From: the human T2T-CHM13v2.0 reference genome, Homo sapiens
DNA: 64,000 bases
Assembly (NCBI RefSeq): GCF_009914755.1
Contig: NC_060928.1
Strand: one strand, 5' to 3'
In this document: positions 1 through 14,512 of the stretch, one piece after another
Layout: every line of letters starts with the position of its first letter
How positions within the stretch are numbered: the stretch's first letter is position 1
The notes under the pieces: model-generated
Told to the model about the DNA's origin: nothing
The model's database searches: none
The model's input: only the letters and a program-made list of their open reading frames with translations
Program-made: the position numbers and the translations under genes

Positions 1-94
1 TAGCATCAAAATTAAGACTGGGATTTAGTTAACCAGCTGCCTCTTGTTGTGGAACCCAGTTAAAATAAAATGAATCCTAGCTTGTTTCACTGTC

Positions 95-760
95 GATTCA
101 TTTGCTCAGCAAACAAAAATTAAAGGTTTATTACATGATAGATAATATGATATACTCTGGAAATAAAGAAACAGATGGCAGCCCAAAGGGGCTTCTTGTT
201 TAGTGGAGAGATTTAGATGAACTGGCAATTTTAATACAGTCTGGTATATCCTGATAGTGCCCAATAGTGGGGTTCTGATGAAGAAAGCACATCTAACGTA
301 GAGTAGAACAGGGGTTTAATGTCAGCTTCCCAGAGGAGACGCCTGTCCAACACAAGGTGAGTGTGACTCAAGTGGGGGATGGCAGTCCAGGCAAGGACAA
401 GGATGTGTCAAAACACAGAGTAGAGAGAAGACGTCTTGGTATGGGATCTACAGAAAGTTTTGTAATGACTGGGAGAAAGATGTTGAGTGAGGTGAGAAGT
501 GGTACATAGTCAAGATGAAAAAGTAGATGGAGGTTTTGAATGTTACATTGACGTGTTGGATTGCATCCTGAAAAGAATGAAAAGTTATTGCAAGTATTCA
601 GCAGGAAATAGAACTTATTAAATCTGGGTACTAGAAAGGTCATTTTGGCAGCTGAGAATTGGAAGGTTCAGGGTTGTCTGAAAGCAAAGAGCAGAGTTAG
701 GATTCCATATATCCAGGATGCAGTGAGGATGGAGAAAAGGGATAGTTTGAGCAATCAAAT
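95..760 (-). mobile_element. LINE-2 (L2) fragment, degenerate
   Basis: Starts with a reversed L2 tail-like gattcatttgctcagcaaac, followed by purine-rich L2 minus-strand motifs (ttggattgcatcctgaaaagaatgaaaagttattg, agaaaggtcattttggcagc). Boundaries approximate. Confidence 0.55.
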
Positions 761-829
761 CCCAACAGGTTGTTTTATTTTAAGATATGGTAAAAATAAT
801 TTGAAAGATCAACTGAAAAAGTGACACAG

Positions 830-1959
830 GGGAAAAGATTCAGGAAAATTATTTAATAAAACTCAGTAGGATCCAGAAATGAGGATACTTTTACCAGACA
901 TCTAAATGTAGTATAATTCTAGAAATTAACAGAATATGCACGTGGCACAGGGAAAGACACATCATTAGAATAGAACTGAGAGGCTAGGAATCTATCTGTC
1001 TATATGTATCTTTCTGTTTCTCGGTACAGACAAATTTGCATTTCTAGTTAGTGGGAAAAGGTAGGTTATTAAAAAAATGGCGTTGACTGGTCATTTGGAA
1101 GAATGTAAACCTGAGTCTACTGGTTACAGTAAAGTTTAGGCAAATGCAAGATTTAAATACAGCAAAAAAAAAGACCCATCAAAGTATGAGAAAAACATAA
1201 TTTATGTTTAATTAATGTTTATAATAGGTGGAAAAAATCCTTTTCTTATGATGATGTAAAACAAAATGTGATATAGGAAAACAGATAAATATGATGATCT
1301 AAAAAATAAAAACTTCTAATTTATAAAAAGGAAACACATACACCCATATACCAAAACCATCCTGGACAAAACCAGAATTCATAAATAATGCCTCATTTTA
1401 TTGCATATATGATAGCCAAATAGCTAATTTCTCTAGTATTTGGAGATCTTTCACGGATCAAGAAGGAAAAGTTGATCAGTTTTACAGAAAAATGAGCAAA
1501 ACAGGTAGGTAGTTCACAGAAAGGGAATTATACATGGCCAAAAGCCCTGTGTAAAAAGATGATCAATCTCAATAAGCAGATAAATGTAAATTCAATTAAC
1601 AATGGTATCCACGTTAACTTATCAGATCAGCACATTTTAAAGAGATTGATAATACCCAGTGTAGCCGAGGTGGGGAAGCCACGCGTTGCTATATATTGTT
1701 GAAGTAACTGTAAATTGGTACAACTTATTTGGAGAGAAATTTGATAAACTCTATTAAAATAAAAAAATGTATACCATTAAAGTTGGAAATTCTACTCATG
1801 GGAATTAATTTTGCTGAAACATTTTTATAATTGTCCAAAGATATATTTACAAGATTGTTCATTACAGCATTATCTGTAATAGCAAGAAGTTGGAAACAAC
1901 CCAAGTGTTAATTCATTATTTACAATGAAATACATAAGCCATAAAAAGAATGAGGTACA

Positions 1960-2027
<68 letters not shown>

Positions 2028-2275
2028 GCACACACACACACACATTTATAGAATATATTTTTAGGAGAAAAATAAAGTTTCAAAATTGTATACAGTGTCA
2101 TCTTGTTAGGGTAAATAGTGCTTTATTGCTATCTGTTTGTGTATGCACAGAAAAAAATCTGGAAAAGTACACATCTAGCCATTAGCAGTGATTATACCTG
2201 TGAGTTGGGATCATTGGAAACCTTTATTTCTCAGGCTGTATATTTCGTAATGTTTAAAATCTCTAATTTAATAAT
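830..2275 (+). mobile_element. Ancient L1M (L1ME-like) 3' part of ORF2 and 3'UTR
   Basis: Degenerate L1 3' motifs: ttgataatacccagtgt, gtaaattggtacaac, aagattgttcattacagcattatctgtaatagcaagaagttggaaacaacccaagtgt. Confidence 0.65.
1961..2044. repeat. Compound microsatellite (CA)18(GA)14 followed by a short CA tract
   Basis: Read directly: CA 1961-1996, GA 1997-2024, CA-like 2025-2044. Confidence 0.98.
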
Positions 2276-2329
2276 GAGAAAAGTAATTCTTTGGTCACGT
2301 TGATGATGTCATAAATGACAACTACTAAC

Positions 2330-2525
2330 ATCAAGAATCAAGATTTGTGTTTTGTTCTCCACTATTTAAGTGATAAACTCTTTGCTTATTTAAAGTCTTA
2401 GAGCTCCACTTCCCCTTTCATTAAATGTAGTCAATAATAACATCCACATAAAAGGATTGTGAGGATAATAACATGAAATCATTGATCTGATAACTGTTTT
2501 GTAGAGTGTCTAAGAGTTGTAATAG
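2330..2525 (+). mobile_element. MIR SINE fragment
   Basis: MIR core-like ...cttcccctttcattaaatgtag...ggattgtgaggataataacatga. Confidence 0.5.
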
Positions 2526-2647
2526 GACACTGATCTTGAAATACTATAATTCTTTTTACTAATTCTCAGTATGTCATTTTTTTCTCCCCACACATGAACT
2601 CAATGGTATTCTCCTGTTCAGAAGGAAGACACATAACAGTCTTAGAC

Positions 2648-2827
2648 CAGTAACTCTCAATCCTGTCTAAAAATAAGAATTGCTGGGAAGTTTTTAAAAA
2701 ATACCTTTGCCCAGGTTGATGATTCTAGAATCTGTGAGGAATGGAACTGTAGCACAGCATCTGGATGTCAGTATCCTTAAAAGCTGCTCCAGTGACTGTA
2801 ACGCCCATCCAGAGTTAGAAACCACTG
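2648..2827. mobile_element. MER5-type (hAT-Charlie) MITE, MER5B-like
   Basis: Terminal inverted repeats cagtaactctcaa ... ttagaaaccactg, 180 bp length, typical MER5 interior (gggaagtttttaaaaaatac, gattctagaatctgtgagg). Confidence 0.7.
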
Positions 2828-2904
2828 GTTTAGGTTAAAGGAGATCCTATCCTACTTAGAATTTTGTATTAGATTTTTTTCTGAGATTTCAGTGAGAGAA
2901 TATT

Positions 2905-3860
2905 TGTGAAAGCTTGATTTTTTTAAACAAAGAAAACTGTGTTTTCTAAATTCCCAATTTTTGCTTTATATATCTATAAGAGATCTTGGAGTTCTGGGCA
3001 TAATTTTACTACAATCTATAGAGAAAGGAGACAGAAGGTACGACTGAAGAAAAATTTGCAGCATACAGGAACACTGGGTCTCTGCTTACTACTACTTGCT
3101 GCTGAAGAGCAGGACAGGAGGAGAAAAACAAAGACTGAAATTCCACTGCCTTTACTCTCCATTTATCCACCCTGGGTTGAATGTGGTTTGGGCAGAGGGT
3201 GTGGGGGTAGAGAAGGGTATGAGGAAGACTCACCAGGATATTTCTGGGGGAAAACCAAGAGCACGACTCTTGTTCTTCCCTTCCTGGGAGGACTATGTGC
3301 CTTTCAGGCCAGCTTCTCAGCCAGCATGGGCAGTGCCTAATGTGGCACCGGTGTCTTAGGGTAGGAGTGACTGAGGCAGATGGACCTGAGATAGTTCCCT
3401 CCCACCCCCAGCCTGATGTGGGGTTAGAAAATCTAGACATCTTCTTCTGCCTTTCTGGGTTGTGTAAAAGGCAGCTGAGATTGCTTACCCAGGGAAGTAA
3501 CCAGGGGTCACCAGAGTTAAAGTTAATGTGACTTTATAACAGAAAGCCACAGAAAACACTACCAAGCAGAGACACTTGGCATTGTCAGTGACAGATGAAA
3601 TGGGTTGGAAGGCCAGGGCCTGGCTTGACAGTGACAAGAGAACTGGCCCCCGATCCACCAGCCAGGAGCACTGTAGCAACAGGTCTGGGAAAAACCTGGA
3701 GGGCAGAACTCTAAACAGAAGTCCCTGCTCCAGTATATCAGGAAATGGAAGGGGAATGGGAAGAAACCCTAAAAAACTGAATGTGATTAGCTTCTAAACT
3801 GGTAGAAACAGATCTTTTGAAAAAAAAAAATCAAACATTTCATTTCCCACATCTACAGTA
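2905..3860 (+). mobile_element. Probable ancient LTR-like element, family not assigned
   Basis: Locally GC-richer ~950 bp block with tg...ca-like ends and an A-rich 3' part; no coherent coding frame. Family not recognised. Confidence 0.3.
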
Positions 3861-4769
3861 ATAGGAGCTCAATAAGAAAAGACTGAGATCACTTTGAGAA
3901 AATCACATGCTTTCCTTCCTTATATTGTGCAAAATTTACCACACTACCCACTGAGGGTCATCTAAGATTCCTAAGTAACTATACGTAGCAAACATCTGCA
4001 CCGTGGGCTGATTAAAATATTTAGTTGTAGGAGAAAGTTATCTCGATGCCGAGTTTATAATTTTAAAGGAAGACTCAGGCCAGACAGCTAAACGTGGAAG
4101 AGGGTGGCATGGCAAGTTGCCTAATGCTCCTTTTGGCACACCAGAATTTGGAAGGAACTGAACATCTTCTCAGAAAGGGAAAGCCAAGTAAGTCTTCCTT
4201 TGACAATTCACAACATTAGGGGAGTGGCTTAGAGCAAGGCTAGGCCCTTTCAGCAGGTCAAATAGCAAAGATGCAACTAGTAATGCAGAATCTAGCCTGT
4301 CTTGAGAGGCCCTAGAAAGCCAGCAAGTGGCACTACACTGGTATGCAGAGGACAAGCTCAGCCAGGAGACATTTCCTACTGAAACATACAGTTGGAAAGA
4401 GAGTTGGAATAATGACTGTCATCAGGGAGGGCAAGGCAGGAAATCTGGTTTGAAGTACTAGCCCATGTCACCTCCCATTTTTCAACAGAAATTGCCATGC
4501 ATTCCTAGTAATATAGACAAGATCCAAGAGAAGTTTTGTTGGCAGTGCAGACTGAAGCACTAGGATCAGGAGATGATAAGGCTAGTTCTGAGAGCAAGGA
4601 CCATCTCCCTGGGTAATGACTAGGGACCATTATGCAAAGGAGGTGAGGATCCATTATAGTACTCAGGCTTCCTAGTAAAATGTAGGCATTCTGGCAGCTA
4701 CAGAAACAGATTCAGGCAGTTGTCTCTGGTACACTGGGTCACGACTTCTCAGTCCACTTCTCATATCAG

Positions 4770-5266
4770 CTGTAGCACTGGTGAACAGTTCTTTATAAGT
4801 GCCAACTAATGTTATGGTGAAAATGTCCTACATTGTATGAGTGCCACTTACCTTCTACTTTTTATTCCTGATTCTATGAGAATCCACGTTTCTTGCACAA
4901 GCCTAAATGGGACGGCGTTAACACCTCTAGGGACAACTCTCAATAATGGGGTCTGAGAGCTTGTGGATAAGAGATCCATCTCATTGACTTTCAGGTGGAA
5001 AATTCTAAGAGATACTTTGGATATTTCTCAGGTGTCCCTTTGGAATCAGCTAACTTCATTAGTTACAATGGAAGTAACTAATTACTAAACTCCTTACTAA
5101 TTTCATTACTGTCTTCAAAATGTATCCTTAAATTAACTTTTTTTCTGCATTCTTGTCTCATTTTCCCTACCCATTCATTTATAATCCCGGGGTGACTTCC
5201 TAAATCCCCTACCTGCACCAACATCCTTGTCACAAGCAGTGCTTTGAGGAGAACCCAAACTGGAGA
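4770..5266 (+). mobile_element. LTR16-family ERVL LTR (5' LTR)
   Basis: Ends cctacctgcaccaacatccttgtcacaagcagtgctttgaggagaacccaaact, matching the LTR16 3' terminus. Left boundary approximate. Confidence 0.6.
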
Positions 5267-5612
5267 GAGAGGCAGTTGATACTAGAAATAGTGCCAGAAA
5301 GCAGATCCACAAGACAGAATTTAGGAGCTAGATCACTCACGATCAGGCATACCAGGCATACCTTTGCTGTTGGTGAATGGGATGGTGATAATACCTCGTG
5401 AACCGTAACATCACAATTACTGGGTTGGATGAGGTGCAAGTGGGTGGGGAAGCATGCAGTATCCCAAGAATATGTATAGGAAGGGCCAATGGTAATTGTA
5501 AGGCTATGCAGTTGTTAACTGTTCCAAGGCTTTGGTTAACTGCCTTGGAAACATCTGTGAAAGACAATGGCAAGTTCAGCTGAGCCAACTATCAACCGAG
5601 AATGCTCCGTGA
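5267..5612 (+). mobile_element. ERVL internal 5' remnant (HERV16/ERV3-16A3-int-like)
   Basis: Directly follows the LTR end with gttgatactagaaatagtgccagaaagcagatcc, similar to the start of LTR16-associated internal sequences. Confidence 0.55.
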
Positions 5613-5948
5613 AACCCTGTGCACAAGTGTAGCCCCAAGTGCAGAGGTGTTATTCCCAGGCAATCCTCAACCAAGAGAGATCAGGCGTTGGAGGATAAAT
5701 GCGCCAACACCCATTCCTTCAAGCGGTCAATTCTTGGAGAGCTTCTTTACATTTCTTAGATTCTGCTCAGTCAAGCCCTGTTGCCACATCAGTGACTGCT
5801 GTACTATACCTTTTATTGACTTCTCCTCCTTTACTGTCTCACTGCCTTTTCTCTCTCACTCCTGCTGCCTAGAAAACACGTCCCAAATAAACTACTTGTA
5901 AAAGTTCTTGTCCCAGGTTCTGCTTCTGTGAGCACATAAACTCAGACT
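5613..5948 (+). mobile_element. LTR16-family LTR (second copy, 3' portion)
   Basis: cccaaataaactacttgt...ttcttgtcccaggttctgcttctgtgagcacataaactcagac; AATAAA at 5886-5891. Confidence 0.65.
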
Positions 5949-6279
5949 AATCCTCAGACCACTAGAGGATTAGGGAGAGATGAGGTCCTCAGCATAAGCT
6001 GCACATTTGGAATATAAATTGGTTGACTGTTGCCATCACACCTAATGGCCTGGACTATCTCCTGTGCTCTTGTAGCTTTATATATTCCCCATTACCTGAG
6101 TGTCCTAGTTGTAGGTCTAGTGTCCAACCTCAGTCTCACTGCAAACAGATCAAGTTCCAGAACTTGGCCTTTCTTTCAATTCAATGCAGTTAATTGTTGA
6201 GAAATAGGAAAATATTATTCTCACAGTTCTCATTGCCTTCAACTTTTCTTCTTTTTTATCTGTACTCAAGATCTCAGAG

Positions 6280-6850
6280 CTTTGAGATTTATCCTCTGAA
6301 GTTACAACCCCAGTCATTTCCTTTCCTTTATCAAAAGGCTTCAGTGGTTTCTCGTTATCTAACAAATTAAATACAAAAGACCAGTTTGGGATTTTAGAGC
6401 CCTATATTCTGGAACCCATCTACTTTTCTGGTATTAACTTCAGCAATTCTTTTTAATTCCAGGATTCCAGCAAAACCTAGCTCATTTTATATTCCCAAAC
6501 ATACCCATTCTTTTATTTTTATGCCTTTACTCTATAGACAAAACAGAGCATACTCTTGGAATTTCCCTCAAGGTCCAGTGATGGTTCCTAGCTTTATGTA
6601 CACCCATTTTTCTTTAACTGCATGGGCCCTTTTCAACTTCTACTATGGTGTTAATCTTGCTCTAGCATTTATTTTATCACCTGTATTACTGTCTAACCAT
6701 TTCCAAATTGCCACAATGTTTTATAGTTAATCTTATTTTGTGCTTCACTACCACTTTGAGAAAAAAAGGCCACAGTCATACTGATTTTGGAAATCTTCCT
6801 AGTGTCTTGTGTGTAGTAGGTAGCTAATAAAGAGTTGTGCGGTTGAATGG
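6280..6850 (+). mobile_element. L2 3' fragment
   Basis: L2 motifs tcaaaaggcttcagtggtttctc and 3' end gtagtaggtagctaataaagagttgtgcggttgaatg. Confidence 0.55.
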
Positions 6851-7229
6851 AGTGTGGTAATAGTAGAATTGAGTTGAACTGAACTTGGTAATAGTTGAAC
6901 CAAGTTGAACTGACCTGGGTAAATCCTATGCTGATTGCAGTAGAGATAGAGATGACAATCGCATCACAGCGAACAAAAAAGAAAGGGCTCCATTCTCCTC
7001 TGTGGAAGTGGCAATTCTACACTGTAACAAAATGAATGAACTCAGTCCAAAGTTTTATGTAAGTCATGAGGCTCTTTCTTTGGACTTCAGAGTCAAAAAA
7101 CACATCAAACGGAAGTTGTATCTTCTGCTTTCTTTGTAAAGTATGAATTTCTATTTAGGAAATACCATAATTTTATTATGTGGAGAAGAGTATGTCCTTT
7201 AACAATTTTGAAGCTGGAAGGGTCTTTTT

Positions 7230-7970
7230 AAAAAGAAAACACTGTAATTGAGGATAAAATGAATTAATGTCTTTTAAACACATGGCCCTATTCAGCAGCA
7301 ATGTATTGTTTTAATTTGCTAGTTGGTACATTACGAGAGCTTGGTAATTTGTTCATCCCTTTATTAGGTGTAAGATTGAAATGGGGCTGGGAAGGGAAAA
7401 ATAACAATTGGCTGGATGAGCAGAATAATATGTTCTTTGAAATGAAGCATTCTTGGTAATGGATGTTTATTTCAGATGATTACATTGTACAGTGCATTCA
7501 AATGGGAAAAACAAACAGGAGGCCAGCTGCACTAATTTTATCAAAGTTATTTATATCAGCAGTATAATTAAAGGCAGTAATTTCAAATTAGGTTTTCTGA
7601 AAATCCATTTATAGACAACACAAGGCAACTTGTCTTAGTGGCATCTAGGCCATGATTGTGCTCTAGGGGCAATGTTAACTATTGCCAATTGGCCTTGGCA
7701 TTTTGAAAATTAATTATGGTTTCAAAAGATTCTAAAGTGGTTGCTTCCTGGTGCCCTGACCAGTTTAGATCCAATCCACTAGGAGAACCCAATATATAAT
7801 TTATGAGTGTGAAAAAGAATAATCGTGCATAATCATTTACAAATGGTTTCTCTTATTTAGTAACACATTAATTATACTCTGTAAAGAATGATTTTAGAAC
7901 TTCAGATGGGAAATACTGCTGCAGAAGATTCTTTTTTTAAAGCCCCATTAATATCTGTGATAGTTCATGA
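7230..7970. promoter_or_regulatory. Repeat-free block resembling a conserved non-coding enhancer
   Basis: No recognisable TE similarity; dense TAAT/ATTA cores, SOX-like AACAAT/ATTGTT, TCF/LEF-like CTTTGAA, forkhead-like TGTTTAT. Function is inference only. Confidence 0.35.
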
Positions 7971-8023
7971 GTAACAGGTTTGAGAATTAGGTATTAAATG
8001 AAATATTAAAACTAGTTCTAGGG

Positions 8024-8325
8024 GACCGGGCACTGTGGTTCATGCCTGTAATCCCAGCATTTTGGGAGGCCGAGGCGGGTGGATCATGAGGTCAGGACAT
8101 CGAGACCATCCTGGCCAACATGGTGAAACCCCATCTCTACTAAAATACAAAAAATTAGCCTGGCATGGTGGTGTGCTCCTGTAGTCTCAGCTACTCGGGA
8201 GGCTGAGGCAGGGGAATTGCTTGAACCTGGGAGGTGGAGGTTGCAGTGAGCGAGATCATGCCACCGCACTTCATCTTGGTGACAGAATGTGACTCCATCC
8301 CAAACAAACCCAAACCAAACCAAAC
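8024..8325 (+). mobile_element. AluSc-like SINE with CAAAC-type tail
   Basis: Full dimer; atcgagaccatcctggccaacatggtg plus the short right-arm ...ttggtgacaga typical of Sc; TSD ctagttctaggg at 8012-8023 and 8326-8337. Confidence 0.95.
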
Positions 8326-8429
8326 CTAGTTCTAGGGAACAGAAATAGGCCAAAAATGATCTGAAAGAGTCTTTTTGATTGTGAAAAATTTATTTAATGT
8401 CTAATAAAGATAAATTTTTAGAATGTACT

Positions 8430-8770
8430 TATGAAATCTCAGGACTAGATGGAAGTTTATAAAGATGACCTGGTCTAACCCTCATCTGATACTATTATCC
8501 CATTTATAATTATACTATTATCTCATTTATAATATTTCCAACAGTGGTCATTTGGCCTCTGCTTGAGGCCAATGACAGGAAATTCACTATCATCTGAGAA
8601 CATCTCTTGCATTTTTAGAGTGCTCCTAGTATTTTACTGAAGTCAGTATTTTATCATCCTAGTATTTTATTGAAGTCAGTTTCTTTGTGGTTTCTTCCAC
8701 TGCTCCTAGTTTGATCTCCAAAGCCACACAGAATCTGCTTAATGTCTAAACCTTTCTTCGATAGCATAGC
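8430..8770 (-). mobile_element. L3/CR1 LINE 3' fragment with two small internal tandem duplications
   Basis: Reversed CR1 3'-end motifs (tggtctaaccctcatctgat, gcctctgcttga, ccactgctcctagtt); 23-bp-period repeat at 8489-8533 and 33-bp-period repeat at 8624-8680. Confidence 0.55.
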
Positions 8771-9099
8771 CCTTTACTGCTTATTAATTCTCATATATAC
8801 CCTATTCTTGCACCCCACACTTGACCCTCTTTCTGCCTTGTATTAGTTTAGGGTATACATTTGGAGCAGTGAGTAAGTAATTTTATCAGAAACAAAGGAT
8901 GTGGGTGACAAATTGGTAAAGAAAGATTTTAGAAAATGTTGGGCCTTCGATGTCAGGTTAAGTATCGTTCAATCTTATTTGATATGTAATCAGTGAAGGG
9001 TTCTGACTTGGAGATAAAGATGATGACAAATGTTCTTTAAAAAGAGTAGTCTATAGGAAAAAAAAAACCCTAAAAATTTAATTTATAATGCACTAAAAC

Positions 9100-11970
<2,871 letters not shown>

Positions 11971-12119
11971 TCTCCTAAATAAATTTGATAAGAATAAAGT
12001 TTAATTTGGCTATAGTGTGCAAAATGGATTGTGGTGAGAAAAAACAGACCGGAAGCTATAGAAGCAAAGCATATTTCTATGTTCAAGGTGAGATATTATT
12101 AATGTCTGTTGTAGAGTAT

Positions 12120-12335
12120 GATAAAGGAAATGTTAAAAATTAGAAGAACAAAAGAAAAAGGGAAAGAAGAGAGAAATGAAGAGAAAGATGAATACAAAAA
12201 AGGAAAAAATTGGTAGTGCAGAAAAAGTTGGAAAGAAAAAAGCTGAGAGAATGCCAGAAGAAATGCAAGGAAAAAGGAAAAGAAGGAAGATGAAAGAATA
12301 GAAAAGAGAGAAGGAAAGGGAGAAAAAAGAGAAAT
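12120..12335. repeat. GA-rich low-complexity tract
   Basis: Near-pure purine + strand; produces the spurious Phe/Ser ORFs 12099-12432. Confidence 0.85.
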
Positions 12336-12582
12336 GATATTTTTGTCCATACATGTTGTATGTTGTGGAGAGGAATGTAAGTGTCTGTGGTTTTGAAACA
12401 TTATGCACTACAGGAGTGATTCCCAGTTTCATAGAATATCAAATTATTTAACTTAGCTACTTTGCTAAGTTGGTTTTCAAAGCTGGACTTTCTGAGACAT
12501 GAAGCATATTAGGTATATCTTAAACTAGAATAAAATATATTTATGAAGATTTAAATATGTAACAGAAAATAAGTTGCAGAAC

Positions 12583-12872
12583 TTTTTTTTTTTTGAGATG
12601 GAGTCTCTATCTTCTAGACTGGAGTGCAGTGGTGTGATCTCGGCTCACTGCAACCTCTGCCTCACAGATTCAAGCAATTCTCTTGCCTCAGCCTCCTGAG
12701 TAGCTGGGATTACAGGCGCCTGCTGCCACACTCAGCTAACGTCTTTATTTTTAGTAGAGATGGGCTTTCACCGTGTTGGCCAGGCTGGTCTTGAATTCCT
12801 GACTTCAGGTGATCTTTCACCCTCGGCCTCCCAAAGTGCTGGCATTACAGGTATGAGCCATGGCGCCAGGCC
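12583..12872 (-). mobile_element. AluSx/Sz-like SINE
   Basis: polyT then gagatggagtctc ... gacttcaggtgatc ... gccaggcc; full dimer. Confidence 0.95.
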
Positions 12873-13606
12873 AAGACATTCTTATAATGTGGCAAGATTG
12901 TCTATTGGTTTGAGTATTTCAGGAACAGTGCCAAAAAATAGTCAGATAATTTAGAAAACCTATCTGTATACCTCTTCTGCATTTTGCCTAAGTTTCAGGG
13001 AATATACAACTTACGTAAATATAAACAATACACAGATACAAACAATACAAGATAAAGTTTAATTAACAATATATTTAAGAAACTCCTAGAAGAAAAACAT
13101 AGGGAAAAACTGTATGACATTGGATTTGGCAATGATTTCTTACATATGATACCAAAAGCATGGGCAGCAAAGGTAAAGAGATAAATCAGCCTACATCAAA
13201 ATTTTCAAAAACTGCGCATCAAAGGACACAACAGGATGAAAAGCCAACCTACATACAGAGAAAATATTTACAAATCATGTTAATTATTGCAAATGGCCAA
13301 AGGATTGTATAGACATTTCTTGAGAGAAGATACACCAACGGCCAAAAAACACATGAAAAGATGTTGAACATCACTAATAATGAGGGAAATGCAAATCAAA
13401 ACCACAGTGAGATATCTCACACCCATTAAGATGGCTACTATAAAGAAAACAGAAAATAACAAGTCTTGGTGAGGATGTGGAGAAATTGGAACCCTTGTGC
13501 ACTATTGGTGGGAATGTATGGTGCAGTTACTCTGGAAAATATAGGTAGAATTACTCTATGATATGGTTTGAATATCTGTCCACTCCAAATCTCATGTTGA
13601 AATGTA

Positions 13607-14512
13607 GGGGGAGGAGCCAAGATGGCCGAATAGGAACAGCTCCGGTCTACAGCTCCCAGCCTGAGCGACGCAGAAGACGGGTGATTTCTGCATTTCCATC
13701 TGAGGTACCGGGTTCATCTCACTAGGTAGTGCCAGACAGTGGGCGCAGGTCAGTGGGTGCATGCACTGTGCGCCAGCCGAAGCAGGGCGAGGCATTGCCT
13801 CACTCAGGAAGCGCAAGGGGTCAGGGAGTTCCCTTTCCTAATCAAAGAAAGGGGTGATGGACGGCACCTGGAAAATCGGGTCACTCCCACCCGAATACTG
13901 CGCTTTTCCGACGGGCTTAAAAAACGGCGCACCACGAGATTATATCCCGCACCTGGCTTGGAGGGTCCTATGCCCACGGAGTCTCGCTGATTGTTAGCAC
14001 AGCAGTCTGAGATCAAACTGCAAGGCGGCAGCGAGGCTGGGGGAGGGGCGCCCACCATTGCCCAGGCTTGCTTAGGTAAACAAAGCAGCCTGGAAGCTCG
14101 AACTGGGTGGAGCCCACCATAGCTCAAGGAGGCCTGCCTGCCTCTGTAGGCTCAACCTCTGGGGGCAGGTCACAGACAAACAAAAAGACAGCAGTAACCT
14201 CTGCAGACTTAAATGTCCCTGTCTGACAGCTTTGAAGAGAGCAGTGGTTCTCCCAGTATGCAGCTGGAGATCTGAGAACGGGCAGACTGCCTCCTCAAGT
14301 GGGTACCTGACCCCTGACCCCTGAGCAGCCTAACTGGGAGGCGCCCCCCAGCAGGGGCACACTGACACCTCACACTGCAGGGTACTCCAACAGACCTGCA
14401 GCTGAGGGTCCTGTCTGTTAGAAGGAAAACTAACAAACAGAAAGGACATCCACACCAAAACCCATCTGTACATCACCATCATCAAAGACCAAAAGTAGAT
14501 AAAACCACAAAG
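13607..14512 (+). promoter_or_regulatory. L1 5'UTR: CpG-rich internal sense promoter and antisense promoter
   Basis: Intact YY1 site aagatggcc at 13619-13627; the longest CpG-rich stretch in the window. Confidence 0.85.
13804..14058 (-). CDS. L1 ORF0-like antisense ORF, 84 aa (MVGAPPPASLPPCSLISDCC...)
   Basis: ATG at 14058-14056, stop at 13806-13804; N-terminus matches primate L1 ORF0. Expression unknown. Confidence 0.6.
   Translation of the reverse strand: MVGAPPPASLPPCSLISDCCANNQRDSVGIGPSKPGAGYNLVVRRFLSPSEKRSIRVGVTRFSRCRPSPLSLIRKGNSLTPCAS

Noticed and set aside
1916-2185. HT/ER- and CV-repeat ORFs
   Set aside because: Translation of the CA/GA microsatellite.
2939-3797. Cluster of overlapping 60-143 aa ORFs on both strands
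   Set aside because: No recognisable domain or splice structure; expected from a locally GC-richer, probably LTR-derived block.
4000-4760. Possible ancient L4/RTE-X or ERV remnant on the minus strand
   Set aside because: Only a faint resemblance; cannot be supported without an HMM search.
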